From a virus (Duplodnaviria; Caudoviricetes): 34,199 nucleotides of DNA. The notes below the pieces were generated by a model. The model was not told the origin of the DNA. It saw nothing but the letters and a program-made list of their open reading frames with translations, and searched no databases. Of the stretch, positions 1 to 9,283 are shown piece by piece. Numbering within the stretch: position 1 is the first letter of the stretch; each line of letters starts with the position of its first letter. The stretch is from positions 1 through 34,199 of the IMG/VR virus record IMGVR_UViG_3300032303_000855. One strand, given 5' to 3'. The position numbers were made by a program, and so were the translations under genes.

Positions 1-58
1 GGGGAAGCGATATGACCGCGAAATTGCACGTTCGGCCTCAAGATTTGGAGATTTGCAC

Positions 59-508
59 ATGGTTGCTGGCAGACCTCCCAAGCCAAATGAAATAAAAAGA
101 GCAACAGGTAATCCTGGCAAACGTCCGTTGACTGAACTTGCAGTTGTTACAACTTTGCCAATGGCAGACCGCACTCCACCTGCGCCCGAAGGTTTGGGCA
201 AAGATGGACTTGAGCTATGGAATAACGCATGGGAACACGCAATCACTTGGTTGTCTCCGGCATCGGATCGACAAGCCATTGAGAACTCAGCGCGGCTGGC
301 AGATGATTTAAGAGCCGCAAGAAATAAATACCACGCAACTTTGGAAGCAGCCGACGGAAGGTTGTTGGTTCACGTCAACAAAGCATTTGTCGATTCCCTT
401 TCCGCACTTGGCTTCGATCCTGTATCTCGCACACGCCTTGGCGTTGCCGAGGTCAAACGAGTTTCAGCTCTTGACCAATTGATTGCCAAGAGACAAAGCA
501 AGCAATAG
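59..508 (+). CDS. terS: Terminase small subunit (P27-like)
   Basis: N-terminal GRPPKP...GNPGKRPL and C-terminal LGFDPVSRTRL motifs; directly upstream of terL. ATG at 59 preferred over TTG at 53. Confidence 0.88.
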   Translation: MVAGRPPKPNEIKRATGNPGKRPLTELAVVTTLPMADRTPPAPEGLGKDGLELWNNAWEHAITWLSPASDRQAIENSARLADDLRAARNKYHATLEAADGRLLVHVNKAFVDSLSALGFDPVSRTRLGVAEVKRVSALDQLIAKRQSKQ

Positions 509-523
509 CAAGGAGTGCCAGGG

Positions 524-2098
524 GTGGCAAAGAAAATTGAAGGTTGGCCACCACGTTGGCTGACAACAGTTCCTGAAGCTGATTTGAAACGTTCTCGCGG
601 CGCTCATGTCTCTGATTTTGCTGAAGCACTCTGCAAGATTACAAAAGACTCGGTTGCTGGTAATGCCGGTCAACCATTGAATTTTCGTGGATGGCAGCGA
701 GAGTTGACTCGTCAACTGTTTGCTGAGAAAGCAGACGGGACACTTCGTCACAAGGTTGCGCTCATCGGCCTTCCTCGAAAAAACGGAAAGAGTGCCTGGC
801 TCTCAGCAGTTGCACTTGAGTCCCTAGTCTTTGGATCAGTTGGCGGGGAAATCTATTCCTGCGCCGCTGAGAAGGAACAGGCAAAGATTGTGTTTGGCAC
901 AGCCAAGCGCATGGTTGAGATGCAACCTGAACTCTCTGAAGTTCTCGATGTATTCAAAGATGCCATTTACAATCCCAAAACTGGCTCTGTGTACCGAGCT
1001 TTATCCGCCGAGGCATTCTCCAAAGAAGGATTGAACCCAACCTTCGTTGCCTTTGACGAACTCCATGCACAACCCAATCGCGAACTCTTTGATGTCATGT
1101 CACTGGCGATGGGTGCTCGCGTAGAGCCTCTGATGGTCGCTATCACGACAGCAGGAGTCAAGACTGACAACTCAGGTAAAGATTCCATTTGCTTCTCTCT
1201 CTACGAGTACGGCAAGCGCGTCGCTAGTGGGGAAGTCGATGATCCGACTTTCTTCTTCTCGTGGTGGGAAGCTGCCAACGGAGAAGAGAGCGACTATCGC
1301 TCACCTGATATTTGGAAATCTTCCAATCCTGGCTTTGACGACATAGTCGCAGCCGGTGACTTTGCATCAGCAATCTTGCGAACACCCGAGGCCGAGTTCA
1401 AGACCAAGCGTCTAAACATCTGGACTTCGGTGTCTGAGACTTGGTTGCCTCATGGCGCATGGGATGCGATTGCAAACCCTCAAGAAATTCCTGACGGCTC
1501 TGACGTAGTCATTGGCTTTGACGGATCATTCAATGGCGACTGCACAGCAATTGTTGCAGTCTCTGTCGAAGATGTTCATCACGTTGTACCTGTGAAGGTG
1601 TGGGAGAAACCCGACGAGGCCGACGCCAACTGGCAAGTGCCGGTGCTAGAAGTAGAAGATGCCATTCGCGAAGCCGCAAGGCGCTGGCAGGTCTTAGAGA
1701 TTTCATGCGACCCGTATCGATGGGCAAGAACATTTCAAGTCCTAGAAGATGAAAATTTGCCCGTCGTAACTTTTCCACAGAATGCCTCAAGAATGACTCC
1801 TGCCACCACCCGCTTCTTCGAGGCAGTAGTCAACAAAAGCATTACGCACAATGGCGACCCACAACTGGCTCGTCATATCTCCAACGCCACCTTGCGCGTC
1901 GATGCGCGTGGCTCACGCCTAGCAAAAGAGAAACGCGGCTCTATGCGTCGCATTGACTTGGCAGTGGCATCTGTCATGGCACTCGAAAGAGCAGCCTGGT
2001 GGCAAACCCAAAGCGGCAACTTGCCGCAAGTCTTTGATCCCTGGTCACTTCAAGAAGAGGAGATACCAAGTGTTTGGTCTAATCACGACAATAATTGA
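524..2098 (+). CDS. terL: Terminase large subunit
   Basis: Walker A PRKNGKS, Walker B VAFDELH, coupling motif ITTAG, RNase H-like IGFDGS...D and RIDLAVA. AGGAG at 511-515 favours the GTG at 524. Confidence 0.96.
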   Translation: MAKKIEGWPPRWLTTVPEADLKRSRGAHVSDFAEALCKITKDSVAGNAGQPLNFRGWQRELTRQLFAEKADGTLRHKVALIGLPRKNGKSAWLSAVALESLVFGSVGGEIYSCAAEKEQAKIVFGTAKRMVEMQPELSEVLDVFKDAIYNPKTGSVYRALSAEAFSKEGLNPTFVAFDELHAQPNRELFDVMSLAMGARVEPLMVAITTAGVKTDNSGKDSICFSLYEYGKRVASGEVDDPTFFFSWWEAANGEESDYRSPDIWKSSNPGFDDIVAAGDFASAILRTPEAEFKTKRLNIWTSVSETWLPHGAWDAIANPQEIPDGSDVVIGFDGSFNGDCTAIVAVSVEDVHHVVPVKVWEKPDEADANWQVPVLEVEDAIREAARRWQVLEISCDPYRWARTFQVLEDENLPVVTFPQNASRMTPATTRFFEAVVNKSITHNGDPQLARHISNATLRVDARGSRLAKEKRGSMRRIDLAVASVMALERAAWWQTQSGNLPQVFDPWSLQEEEIPSVWSNHDNN

Positions 2099-2228
2099 AA
2101 TCCTTGGCGCAATCCTGATTGCTGTTGGCATTGGAATCATTCTCGGAATTGGTGCAGCTTGCATCGCGTCAGGAGTTTTGCTCATTGCTGGCAGTTATTT
2201 TGTAACATCTGAAGGAGCAATTGAATGA
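2070..2228 (+). CDS. Small two-TM membrane protein between terL and portal
   Basis: GTG at 2070 after GAGGAG; strongly hydrophobic (ILGAILIAVGIGIILGIGAACIASGVLLIAG); stop overlaps the portal ATG. Confidence 0.7.
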   Translation: MFGLITTIIEILGAILIAVGIGIILGIGAACIASGVLLIAGSYFVTSEGAIE

Positions 2229-3445
2229 GTCTCCTGCGTAGAGGTAGCACAAGCGGCAGATACCCACAGTTTAACAACTACGTTTCACCTTTAAGTCAAC
2301 TGTACGGACAGACATCAATGACCTCCGCAGCCGGAGAACGAATTGATGAGTGGACGGCGCTTGGAGTTTCATCAGTGCTGGCGGCAGTTTCCCTGCTTGC
2401 TGACTCTGTGGCTTCAATGTCGCTGCGATGCTTTGTGATTAATAAAGATGGCAAGCGAGTAATGCAGCCGCTGCCAACTATTCTTGCAGACCCTGATCCT
2501 GAATCCAACACTTACGAACTCATCCATCAGATAGTCGCTTCAATGGCGCTGCATGGAAATTCATACATCAAGATTGATAGAGACTCACGCGGAGAGATGA
2601 TTGGCCTAGTGCCTTTGCATCCGTATCAGATGCAGGTCATGCCTAATGGGGCGCAGACTGGTCGCATTTACTTGCACCTTGGGAATGAAATAAGCAACGA
2701 GGACATGATTCACATGCGTTGGTTCACACCGCCGCAGTCTTTGGTTGGCATCTCTCCACTCAATCAAGCTCGCAACCTTGTTGGCCTTTCCATCGCAATG
2801 GATCGACACCTTGCGCAGTTCTATGGCGAAGGCGGCACTCCTTCTTCAGTTCTTGAGACTGACCAAAAGTTGACTCTCGACCAGGCTCGCATCATTCAAG
2901 GCACATGGGAGGCGACTCATCGCCGCCATCGTAAGCCAGCAGTTCTTTCAGACGGATTGAAATGGCGTCCAATCACAACATCGGCAGCCGACAACGAAAT
3001 GATTGCAACTCGCGAGCAGCTCATTCGTGACATTGCCCGAATCTTTAGAATTCCTGACCACCTTATCGGCGCAATGGGTGGCAGTCAGACTTATCAAAAC
3101 GTCGAACAGGCGTCCATCAACTTCCTGACTCACACAATTGCACCCTGGATTCGTCGCATTGAAATTGGAATGTCCAAGATTCTTTTGACTGGAACAGATG
3201 TTGCATTTGATACATCGTCAATCTTGCGCACAGATGCTCTGACTCGCTCTCGCGTGAATATGATAAATGTTCAGATGGGCGCTCGTACTCCAAATGAAGT
3301 TCGCCAAATTGAAGGTCTTGAGCCTTTTGATGGTGGCGATGTATTCCATCAAGCATTGACTGGCAGCGTCACCGCCGGTGGTGACACACCTGCTCTTGGT
3401 CAAGATGCTGATCCATCTGCACCTGTGATGGGAGTCCTTGAGTAA
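2225..3445 (+). CDS. Portal protein (HK97 family)
   Basis: LHGNSY, GISPL, IARIFRIP, TYQNVEQ and TPNEVR motifs; position after terL. Confidence 0.96.
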   Translation: MSLLRRGSTSGRYPQFNNYVSPLSQLYGQTSMTSAAGERIDEWTALGVSSVLAAVSLLADSVASMSLRCFVINKDGKRVMQPLPTILADPDPESNTYELIHQIVASMALHGNSYIKIDRDSRGEMIGLVPLHPYQMQVMPNGAQTGRIYLHLGNEISNEDMIHMRWFTPPQSLVGISPLNQARNLVGLSIAMDRHLAQFYGEGGTPSSVLETDQKLTLDQARIIQGTWEATHRRHRKPAVLSDGLKWRPITTSAADNEMIATREQLIRDIARIFRIPDHLIGAMGGSQTYQNVEQASINFLTHTIAPWIRRIEIGMSKILLTGTDVAFDTSSILRTDALTRSRVNMINVQMGARTPNEVRQIEGLEPFDGGDVFHQALTGSVTAGGDTPALGQDADPSAPVMGVLE

Positions 3446-4980
3446 TGGCCGAGACATATCGTCCAACCAAGGGAATGCAAGAAGCCGCAGTTCGTGCTCT
3501 TGCATGGATTAAGGATGGCAAGGCGGGACAAGGCTTCACCGATGTTGGACGCAAACGTGCCTCCGACATTGCAGCAGGACGTTCAATGTCCCAAGAGATT
3601 GTCATGCGAATGTATTCATTCTTCGCTCGACATGAAGTGGACAAGAAAGCCACAGGCTTCAACTCAGGTGAAGAGGGTTATCCATCACCGGGGAGAGTTT
3701 CATGGGATGCGTGGGGCGGGGACGCTGGATTCTCATGGGCAACCAAGATAAAAAACCAACTTGATAACAATGTTCGAGCTTTGCAACAAATGACATCCGA
3801 GGAGGGTGCAATCATGGTTGATCCGACCAATTCAGATTTGATGACGACAGATGTTCCTATGCAAGAGACAGAGATGGGAACTGACTCAGTTCTCCATTCA
3901 GTTATGGCAGCAGATGCCGCGATGGATGCAGCTCAAAACTTGCTTGCTAACAACCTCGATCCAATTGTTTCTCAGGCTTACTACCTCATCTGTGCAGCAG
4001 ATGCTGCGTTGACCGCAGTTATCGAAGCACTTGGTGGTGCTGATGAAGATGACGACATGAGCGAAGAAGATGCTCAAATGCCAGCAATGGGGATGATGGG
4101 GATGTATTCCGCATCAAAGAACGCTTTGACTGAATTGAGAATCTCAAGTGGCTCATTTGTATCTTGGAACTCATCAGGTGGCATGGCAAAAGGTAAAGTT
4201 GAAAGCATCATCACTTCAGGAACGGCTGTCTCCTCTGATGGTTATGAGATGGATGCAAGTGCAGACAAGCCTGTGTATAAAATTACTCTTTACAAAGAAG
4301 GGGCAGATGGTTGGGAAGCAACCGACACAACTGTTCTTCATCTAGGTGAAACCTTGAACGCAATTGAGGCTCTACGCTCGAAAGAATATGAGTTGATTGA
4401 GGCTCGTAAGAACGCTATGGAAACCGCAGAGCGTCTTACAATGGTTGCAGATATTCGTTCAATGTCCACCGAAGATGGTTCACTCAAAATCGCAGGATAC
4501 GCTGCAACATTTAACCAAGAAGCTGATGGACTTAATTTCCGCGAAGTAATCGCACCAGGAGCATTCACACGCACCTTGGCATCAGAGCAACCAATGTTTT
4601 TGCTTGTCAACCATGACTTTGAATCCCTGCCACTTGCAGCAACAAAGTCAGGAACTCTTGTCCTGGCTGAAGATTCAGTCGGATTGCGCATGGAAGCAAC
4701 ACTCGATCCCGCAAATCCTCGCGCACAAGAACTCGCATCAGCATTGACTCGTGGCGACGTGGACAAGATGTCATTTGCATTCACTGTCGCAGATGGTGGA
4801 GATACTCGCGAAGGTGGCCTTCGCACACTAACAGACCTTGACCTCTACGAAATCAGCGTTGTAACAATGCCAGCATATTCCTCAACTTCAGTGGGAATGC
4901 GTAAAGCCGACGACGAGAACCTTGCTCTTCGCAAGCGACAACTACAACTGAAGTTCAATCAACTTCGTCTGCGCAAGTAG
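3445..4980 (+). CDS. Prohead protease (HK97/S78 type) with ~330 aa N-terminal extension
   Basis: C-terminal IAGYAATFN, FREVIAPGAF, LVNHD, MSFAF, LYEISVVTMPAY; lies between portal and capsid. Confidence 0.92.
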   Translation: MAETYRPTKGMQEAAVRALAWIKDGKAGQGFTDVGRKRASDIAAGRSMSQEIVMRMYSFFARHEVDKKATGFNSGEEGYPSPGRVSWDAWGGDAGFSWATKIKNQLDNNVRALQQMTSEEGAIMVDPTNSDLMTTDVPMQETEMGTDSVLHSVMAADAAMDAAQNLLANNLDPIVSQAYYLICAADAALTAVIEALGGADEDDDMSEEDAQMPAMGMMGMYSASKNALTELRISSGSFVSWNSSGGMAKGKVESIITSGTAVSSDGYEMDASADKPVYKITLYKEGADGWEATDTTVLHLGETLNAIEALRSKEYELIEARKNAMETAERLTMVADIRSMSTEDGSLKIAGYAATFNQEADGLNFREVIAPGAFTRTLASEQPMFLLVNHDFESLPLAATKSGTLVLAEDSVGLRMEATLDPANPRAQELASALTRGDVDKMSFAFTVADGGDTREGGLRTLTDLDLYEISVVTMPAYSSTSVGMRKADDENLALRKRQLQLKFNQLRLRK

Positions 4981-5046
4981 CAGACGCACCCCTCGGCGCT
5001 ACTGCCCCGACGGATTCATTCATCCAATCCAAGAGAAAGGGACATC

Positions 5047-6396
5047 ATGTCTCTAGTTTCAAAACTCAAGGAACAGCGTGATGCAGTAGCAACGGAAGCA
5101 GAGGCAATTCTTGTCGCTGACGATGTAACAGCCGAAGCATTAGACGCAGTTTCAGCAAAGCAGGAAGAAGTTGCAGCACTCGATGAGCGCATTGCAACAG
5201 CAGAAAAGCTCGAAGCCCGCACATCAGCACTTGCAGAATCACGCAAGGAAGCCGGAATCAAGACATTCGGTGGCGCTGTAGTAACACGCGAAGCACACAC
5301 ATACGAGAAGAATGGCGAGAACTCATTTGTTCGCGACATGATTGCAGGAACACTTCGCAATGACGCAAAGTCATGGGAGCGCCTACATCGTCATCAGCAA
5401 GAAGTTGCTGTTGAAACTCGTGACATCTCACGCACAGATGGTGCTGGTGGAGATTTTGTGCCTCCTATTTACCTCATCAACGAATACGCAGAGTTCGCTC
5501 GTGCAGCTCGTGTAACTGCTGACCTTGTTACAGGCATGGCATTACCTGCCGGAACTGACAGCATCAACATTCCGCAGATTACAACAGGTACTTTGAGTGC
5601 TTTCCAGTCATCAGACAATTCAGCGACAACAACTCGCGACATGGTCTCAAGCACTGTAACTGCGCCAGTTCGTACAATCAGTGGTTACGAGAATGTATCA
5701 ATTCAGCTTGTTGAACAATCTCCTCTTGCTGGCGGTCTTGATCGTCTCGTATTTGGCGATTTAATGGCTGACTACGCATTGCAACTGAACACAGCAGTTG
5801 TTGGAACAGGTGACGGAACATCAGGAACATTCAAGGGTCTCATCACTCTTGGTGCTGATACAACAAACGGCATCCCAACAACATGGACAGAAACAACACC
5901 TTCAGCAGCAAACGGTCTCATCTCAATCGCTAAGGCGATTTCAAAGGTGACAACAAACCGCTACAAGGCAGCAGAAGCAATTGTCATGCATCCATCACTT
6001 TGGTACTGGTTCGCATCACAGGTTGACGGATCAACTCGTCCACTCGTTGTACCAGTAACAGGCGCATCACAGGCATTTAATGCAGCAGGAACTGTCACAA
6101 ATCCAGGAGCACCTGCCGGTCTTGTTGGAACAATTCAAGGAGTTCCTGTATTCATTGATGCAACAATGCCAAAGACATACGGCGCTGCAACAAATCAGAC
6201 ACCAGTTCTCGTCGGTAAGTTCTCAGATTCTTACCTCTTCGAGTCAGGCGTTAAGACTCGCGTTCTTCCTGATGTCCTATCAGCGAACCTCACAGTTCGT
6301 TTCCAGGTCTATGGATACGCAGCACTTGCACACCGCTTCAACAAGTCGGTTTCTACAATCGCAGGAACAGGCACAGTAGCTCCTTCAGGCTACTAA
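5047..6396 (+). CDS. Major capsid protein (HK97 fold, N-terminal coiled-coil delta domain)
   Basis: Coiled-coil N-terminus, GGDFVPP, GTG..GTFKGL, IVMHP, GTIQGVPV; RBS GAAAGG; position. Confidence 0.95.
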   Translation: MSLVSKLKEQRDAVATEAEAILVADDVTAEALDAVSAKQEEVAALDERIATAEKLEARTSALAESRKEAGIKTFGGAVVTREAHTYEKNGENSFVRDMIAGTLRNDAKSWERLHRHQQEVAVETRDISRTDGAGGDFVPPIYLINEYAEFARAARVTADLVTGMALPAGTDSINIPQITTGTLSAFQSSDNSATTTRDMVSSTVTAPVRTISGYENVSIQLVEQSPLAGGLDRLVFGDLMADYALQLNTAVVGTGDGTSGTFKGLITLGADTTNGIPTTWTETTPSAANGLISIAKAISKVTTNRYKAAEAIVMHPSLWYWFASQVDGSTRPLVVPVTGASQAFNAAGTVTNPGAPAGLVGTIQGVPVFIDATMPKTYGAATNQTPVLVGKFSDSYLFESGVKTRVLPDVLSANLTVRFQVYGYAALAHRFNKSVSTIAGTGTVAPSGY

Positions 6397-6408
6397 TTTT
6401 GACGCTGA

Positions 6409-6442
6409 CGCACCTTCCTTGGCTTAGGTCAGGGAAGGTGCG
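6409..6442 (+). terminator. Stem-loop after the capsid gene (terminator or stabiliser)
   Basis: CGCACCTTCCTTGGC-ttag-GTCAGGGAAGGTGCG forms a 15-bp stem with two G:U pairs; no U-tract follows on +. Confidence 0.6.
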
Positions 6443-6470
6443 AAAGCACAAACACAATCGGGGGATTGTT

Positions 6471-6617
6471 ATGGGTACTTCGTTTTTTCTTGAAGGTTTG
6501 AAAGCAGCAAGGCAATTGGTTAAGGGTGACACTACAAAACTTGATGCTTTGATTGCAGAGCACGAAAGTGGCGCGATTGAAACCGCAGCCTTACGAGTAC
6601 AGGCAGAGACTCGATGA
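6471..6617 (+). CDS. Small hypothetical protein after capsid (48 aa)
   Basis: ATG at 6471 after GGGGGA; ATGA overlap with the next gene. Confidence 0.7.
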   Translation: MGTSFFLEGLKAARQLVKGDTTKLDALIAEHESGAIETAALRVQAETR

Positions 6618-7321
6618 AAACATCCGACAAAATCTGCGTTGGAATGGTCACAGACGGCAAAATAAACGGCCAACTGGCTATTGATTTGATTCATATTGCT
6701 CGGCATAAGACACAAAAACTGGATCAAATGGTTCAGGTTGCCAACGTCGGACTGACCACTCGATCACGAAATGTGGTTGTGAGAAACTTCCTTGACGAAG
6801 TAACGACACCTTGGCTCTTAATGATTGACTCAGATGAGCGCCTTCCAATGGAGACATTCTTCAAATTGGTTGACGCAGCTCACGACAAAGACCGCCCAAT
6901 TGTTTCAGGGCTAGTTTTCGCAGCTTTTTTTGATGATAAAGACAACTTGCGAGCAGTTCCCACAATTTATCGCATGACTACCGACAAGGGTTTGCAGCCT
7001 ATTGATGATTACCCAATCGACACTCTGCTGGAAGTCGATGCGACTGGCACTGGTTGCTTACTTATTCATCGCAGCGTCTTGGAGACCATGCGCAAGCAAG
7101 CAACAGCGAATCAAGGCAAAGATTGGGCTTGGTTCGTTGAAGGTGCTATTGACGGCACATATTTTGGCGAGGATTTACTTTTTTCAAAGCGTTTGAAATC
7201 TATGGGTTACAAAATCCATGCTCACACAGGTGCAATTTTGCCTCATCAAAAGCAATTTTGGCTTGATGAACGTCATCACGCTCCGTTGCGTGAGGCAGCA
7301 ATTCAGCATTACAAAGCATGA
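6614..7321 (+). CDS. GT-A fold (GT2-like) glycosyltransferase within the head module
   Basis: RSRN, LLMIDSD (DxD), VDATGTGCLLIHRSV, GEDLLF and a C-terminal His. Confidence 0.85.
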   Translation: MKTSDKICVGMVTDGKINGQLAIDLIHIARHKTQKLDQMVQVANVGLTTRSRNVVVRNFLDEVTTPWLLMIDSDERLPMETFFKLVDAAHDKDRPIVSGLVFAAFFDDKDNLRAVPTIYRMTTDKGLQPIDDYPIDTLLEVDATGTGCLLIHRSVLETMRKQATANQGKDWAWFVEGAIDGTYFGEDLLFSKRLKSMGYKIHAHTGAILPHQKQFWLDERHHAPLREAAIQHYKA

Positions 7322-7356
7322 GGTTGGTTCGTACCCCTGGCAAACCAACCTCATGC
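7316..7356 (+). terminator. 14-bp perfect stem-loop after the glycosyltransferase
   Basis: GCATGAGGTTGGTT / AACCAACCTCATGC with loop CGTACCCCTGGCA. Confidence 0.6.
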
Positions 7357-7376
7357 CCTATTTCTAAGGAGTAACA

Positions 7377-8222
7377 ATGGCAACATACGATCTCGGAGAC
7401 AAGGTATATCTCTCTTGGTCAACAGTTGATTCCTCCGGTGCAGCAGTAAATCCAGGCACAGTCACCGCATCTGTCACTCTTCCTGACGCAACAACTGTCT
7501 CGTTGACTACAGCAACAGCAGTCACTGGCACTTACACAACCACATATTTGCCAACCTTGGTTGGTCGTCACATTTACGCTTGGACTGCAACAGGTGCGTG
7601 GCCGCAAGCCAACAACGATGTCTTTACAGTGCGTGACATCACTGACATTGGCATTGTTTCACTCGATGATGCCAAGTATCACTTGAATATACCAAGCACA
7701 GATGTCACCCAAGATGCCGAACTCACACGAATGATTGATGCCGCCGCCGATTTATGTGAATCCTACGTCGGCGTTGTCTTGGGTCGTCGCACATATACAA
7801 ATGAGCTTTACGATGGCAACAACGAATTCATTCGCCTTCAAAACCCCAAGGCAATTTCTATCACCACAGTTTATGAAAACAATGCTTTGCTCAACTCTGG
7901 TCAATATGCACTTGATCCGACAGGTCAGCGCCTTTATCGCGTGGGGTCGGGAACGCTTTATGCCACAAATTCTTATGGATACTGGTCAGGCGGGATGCAA
8001 AACATCAAAGTGACCTATGTTGCTGGTTATGTGAACCCACCTGCTGCTGCAAAGCAAGGTGTCCTTGAGGTCATTCGTCATCTATGGCAGACACAGCGCG
8101 GCTCAATGAGCGTCATGGGACGCAATTTGGCAGGGGATGAGCAGTATCAAACTCCAACATATTCCCTTCCTCGCAGAGCAATGGAACTTCTCGACCCTAT
8201 TGGCCTTCCTGGAATCGCGTAA
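7377..8222 (+). CDS. Head-tail connector/adaptor (gp6-like) with N-terminal beta-rich (Ig-like) domain
   Basis: VSLDDAKYHLNI...DAELTRMIDAAADLCESYVG and VTYVAGY..PPAAAKQGVL; Thr-rich ~85 aa N-terminal domain. Confidence 0.82.
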   Translation: MATYDLGDKVYLSWSTVDSSGAAVNPGTVTASVTLPDATTVSLTTATAVTGTYTTTYLPTLVGRHIYAWTATGAWPQANNDVFTVRDITDIGIVSLDDAKYHLNIPSTDVTQDAELTRMIDAAADLCESYVGVVLGRRTYTNELYDGNNEFIRLQNPKAISITTVYENNALLNSGQYALDPTGQRLYRVGSGTLYATNSYGYWSGGMQNIKVTYVAGYVNPPAAAKQGVLEVIRHLWQTQRGSMSVMGRNLAGDEQYQTPTYSLPRRAMELLDPIGLPGIA

Positions 8223-8225
8223 GAA

Positions 8226-8687
8226 ATGACAGTCACCATCGCATTTCCAACGATGATTGACAAAATCATCACAGCACTAGGTGCAGCCGCAACGTTGACC
8301 GGCATCCGCGTTTTTGATGGAGCTGAAGTTGACGATTCCTATCCAAGCGATGCAATTGCAATCGGCCATGATGGTTCATTCGGTGATGCAGAAATGCAAG
8401 CCGGGTCAATTACTAACAATCCACAAAACTTTACAGACCAACATCAAGAAGATGGCTCAATCAGTTGCGCTCTTTGGACTCAAGATGGTGGAACTGATCT
8501 CACAGCAAAGCGCACTCGCGCCTTCTCTGTACTTTCCAAGATTGACACAGTCATCCGAGCAGACCCAACTTTCACAGGTACTTGTTTCTATTCATATTTG
8601 CAATCAGGGAATGTCGGATATGCACAAACTCAAATGGGTTCAGCAGTCATCATCACTTTCACAATCACTTACCAAGCACAGTCATAA
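8226..8687 (+). CDS. Putative tail terminator/completion protein
   Basis: Size, position before the tail tube, RVFDG motif, C-terminal beta-strand. Confidence 0.6.
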   Translation: MTVTIAFPTMIDKIITALGAAATLTGIRVFDGAEVDDSYPSDAIAIGHDGSFGDAEMQAGSITNNPQNFTDQHQEDGSISCALWTQDGGTDLTAKRTRAFSVLSKIDTVIRADPTFTGTCFYSYLQSGNVGYAQTQMGSAVIITFTITYQAQS

Positions 8688-8699
8688 GGAGCACCACAA

Positions 8700-8882
8700 A
8701 TGGCATACACAATCACATCGGAATACCTGGACTGTGAAAAGTCATTGGGTGATTCCATTACAGAAAAAGAATTGCTTGAAATGGGAGCAAACATTGACGC
8801 TCTGATTTCAGCAGGTCATATCAAAGATGAGACCACAACCAAATCAGCATCACCACGCCAAGAAGGAGAAATAAATGCCTAA
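8700..8882 (+). CDS. Small hypothetical protein
   Basis: RBS AAGGAG; NIDALISAGHIK motif of the kind seen in small genes preceding tail tubes. Confidence 0.7.
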   Translation: MAYTITSEYLDCEKSLGDSITEKELLEMGANIDALISAGHIKDETTTKSASPRQEGEINA

Positions 8883-9282
8883 AATCGTATTGACGGATGC
8901 GAAGGTAACCATCAACTCGGTGGTGCTTTCGGATCATATTTCTAGCATCACAATTGACACAAAAGAGGACATAATCGAGACAACAGGATTTGGTTCAACA
9001 GCCAAAACACGCGTTGCTGGTCTTGCAGATAATTCTGTGATGTTGGACTTCTTCCAAGATTATGCCGCAACAAATGTTGAAGCAACAATTTATCCTCTTA
9101 TCGGGTCAACCACAACAATTGTGGTTCAACCAGCATCAACTTCTGTAAGTACAACAAATCCAACATATACATTTACTGCTCTTGTCTCAGAATGGACTCC
9201 GCTCAAGGGTGGAATTGGACAACTAGCAACAGCATCAGTCACATGGCCAATCTCCGGATCAATCACAAAGGCGACCTCATAA
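8875..9282 (+). CDS. Tail tube (major tail) protein, copy 1
   Basis: ETTGFG...RVAGLADNS, DFFQD, NPTYT, ATASVTWP; position upstream of chaperone and tape measure. Confidence 0.85.
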   Translation: MPKIVLTDAKVTINSVVLSDHISSITIDTKEDIIETTGFGSTAKTRVAGLADNSVMLDFFQDYAATNVEATIYPLIGSTTTIVVQPASTSVSTTNPTYTFTALVSEWTPLKGGIGQLATASVTWPISGSITKATS

Positions 9283-9283
9283 C

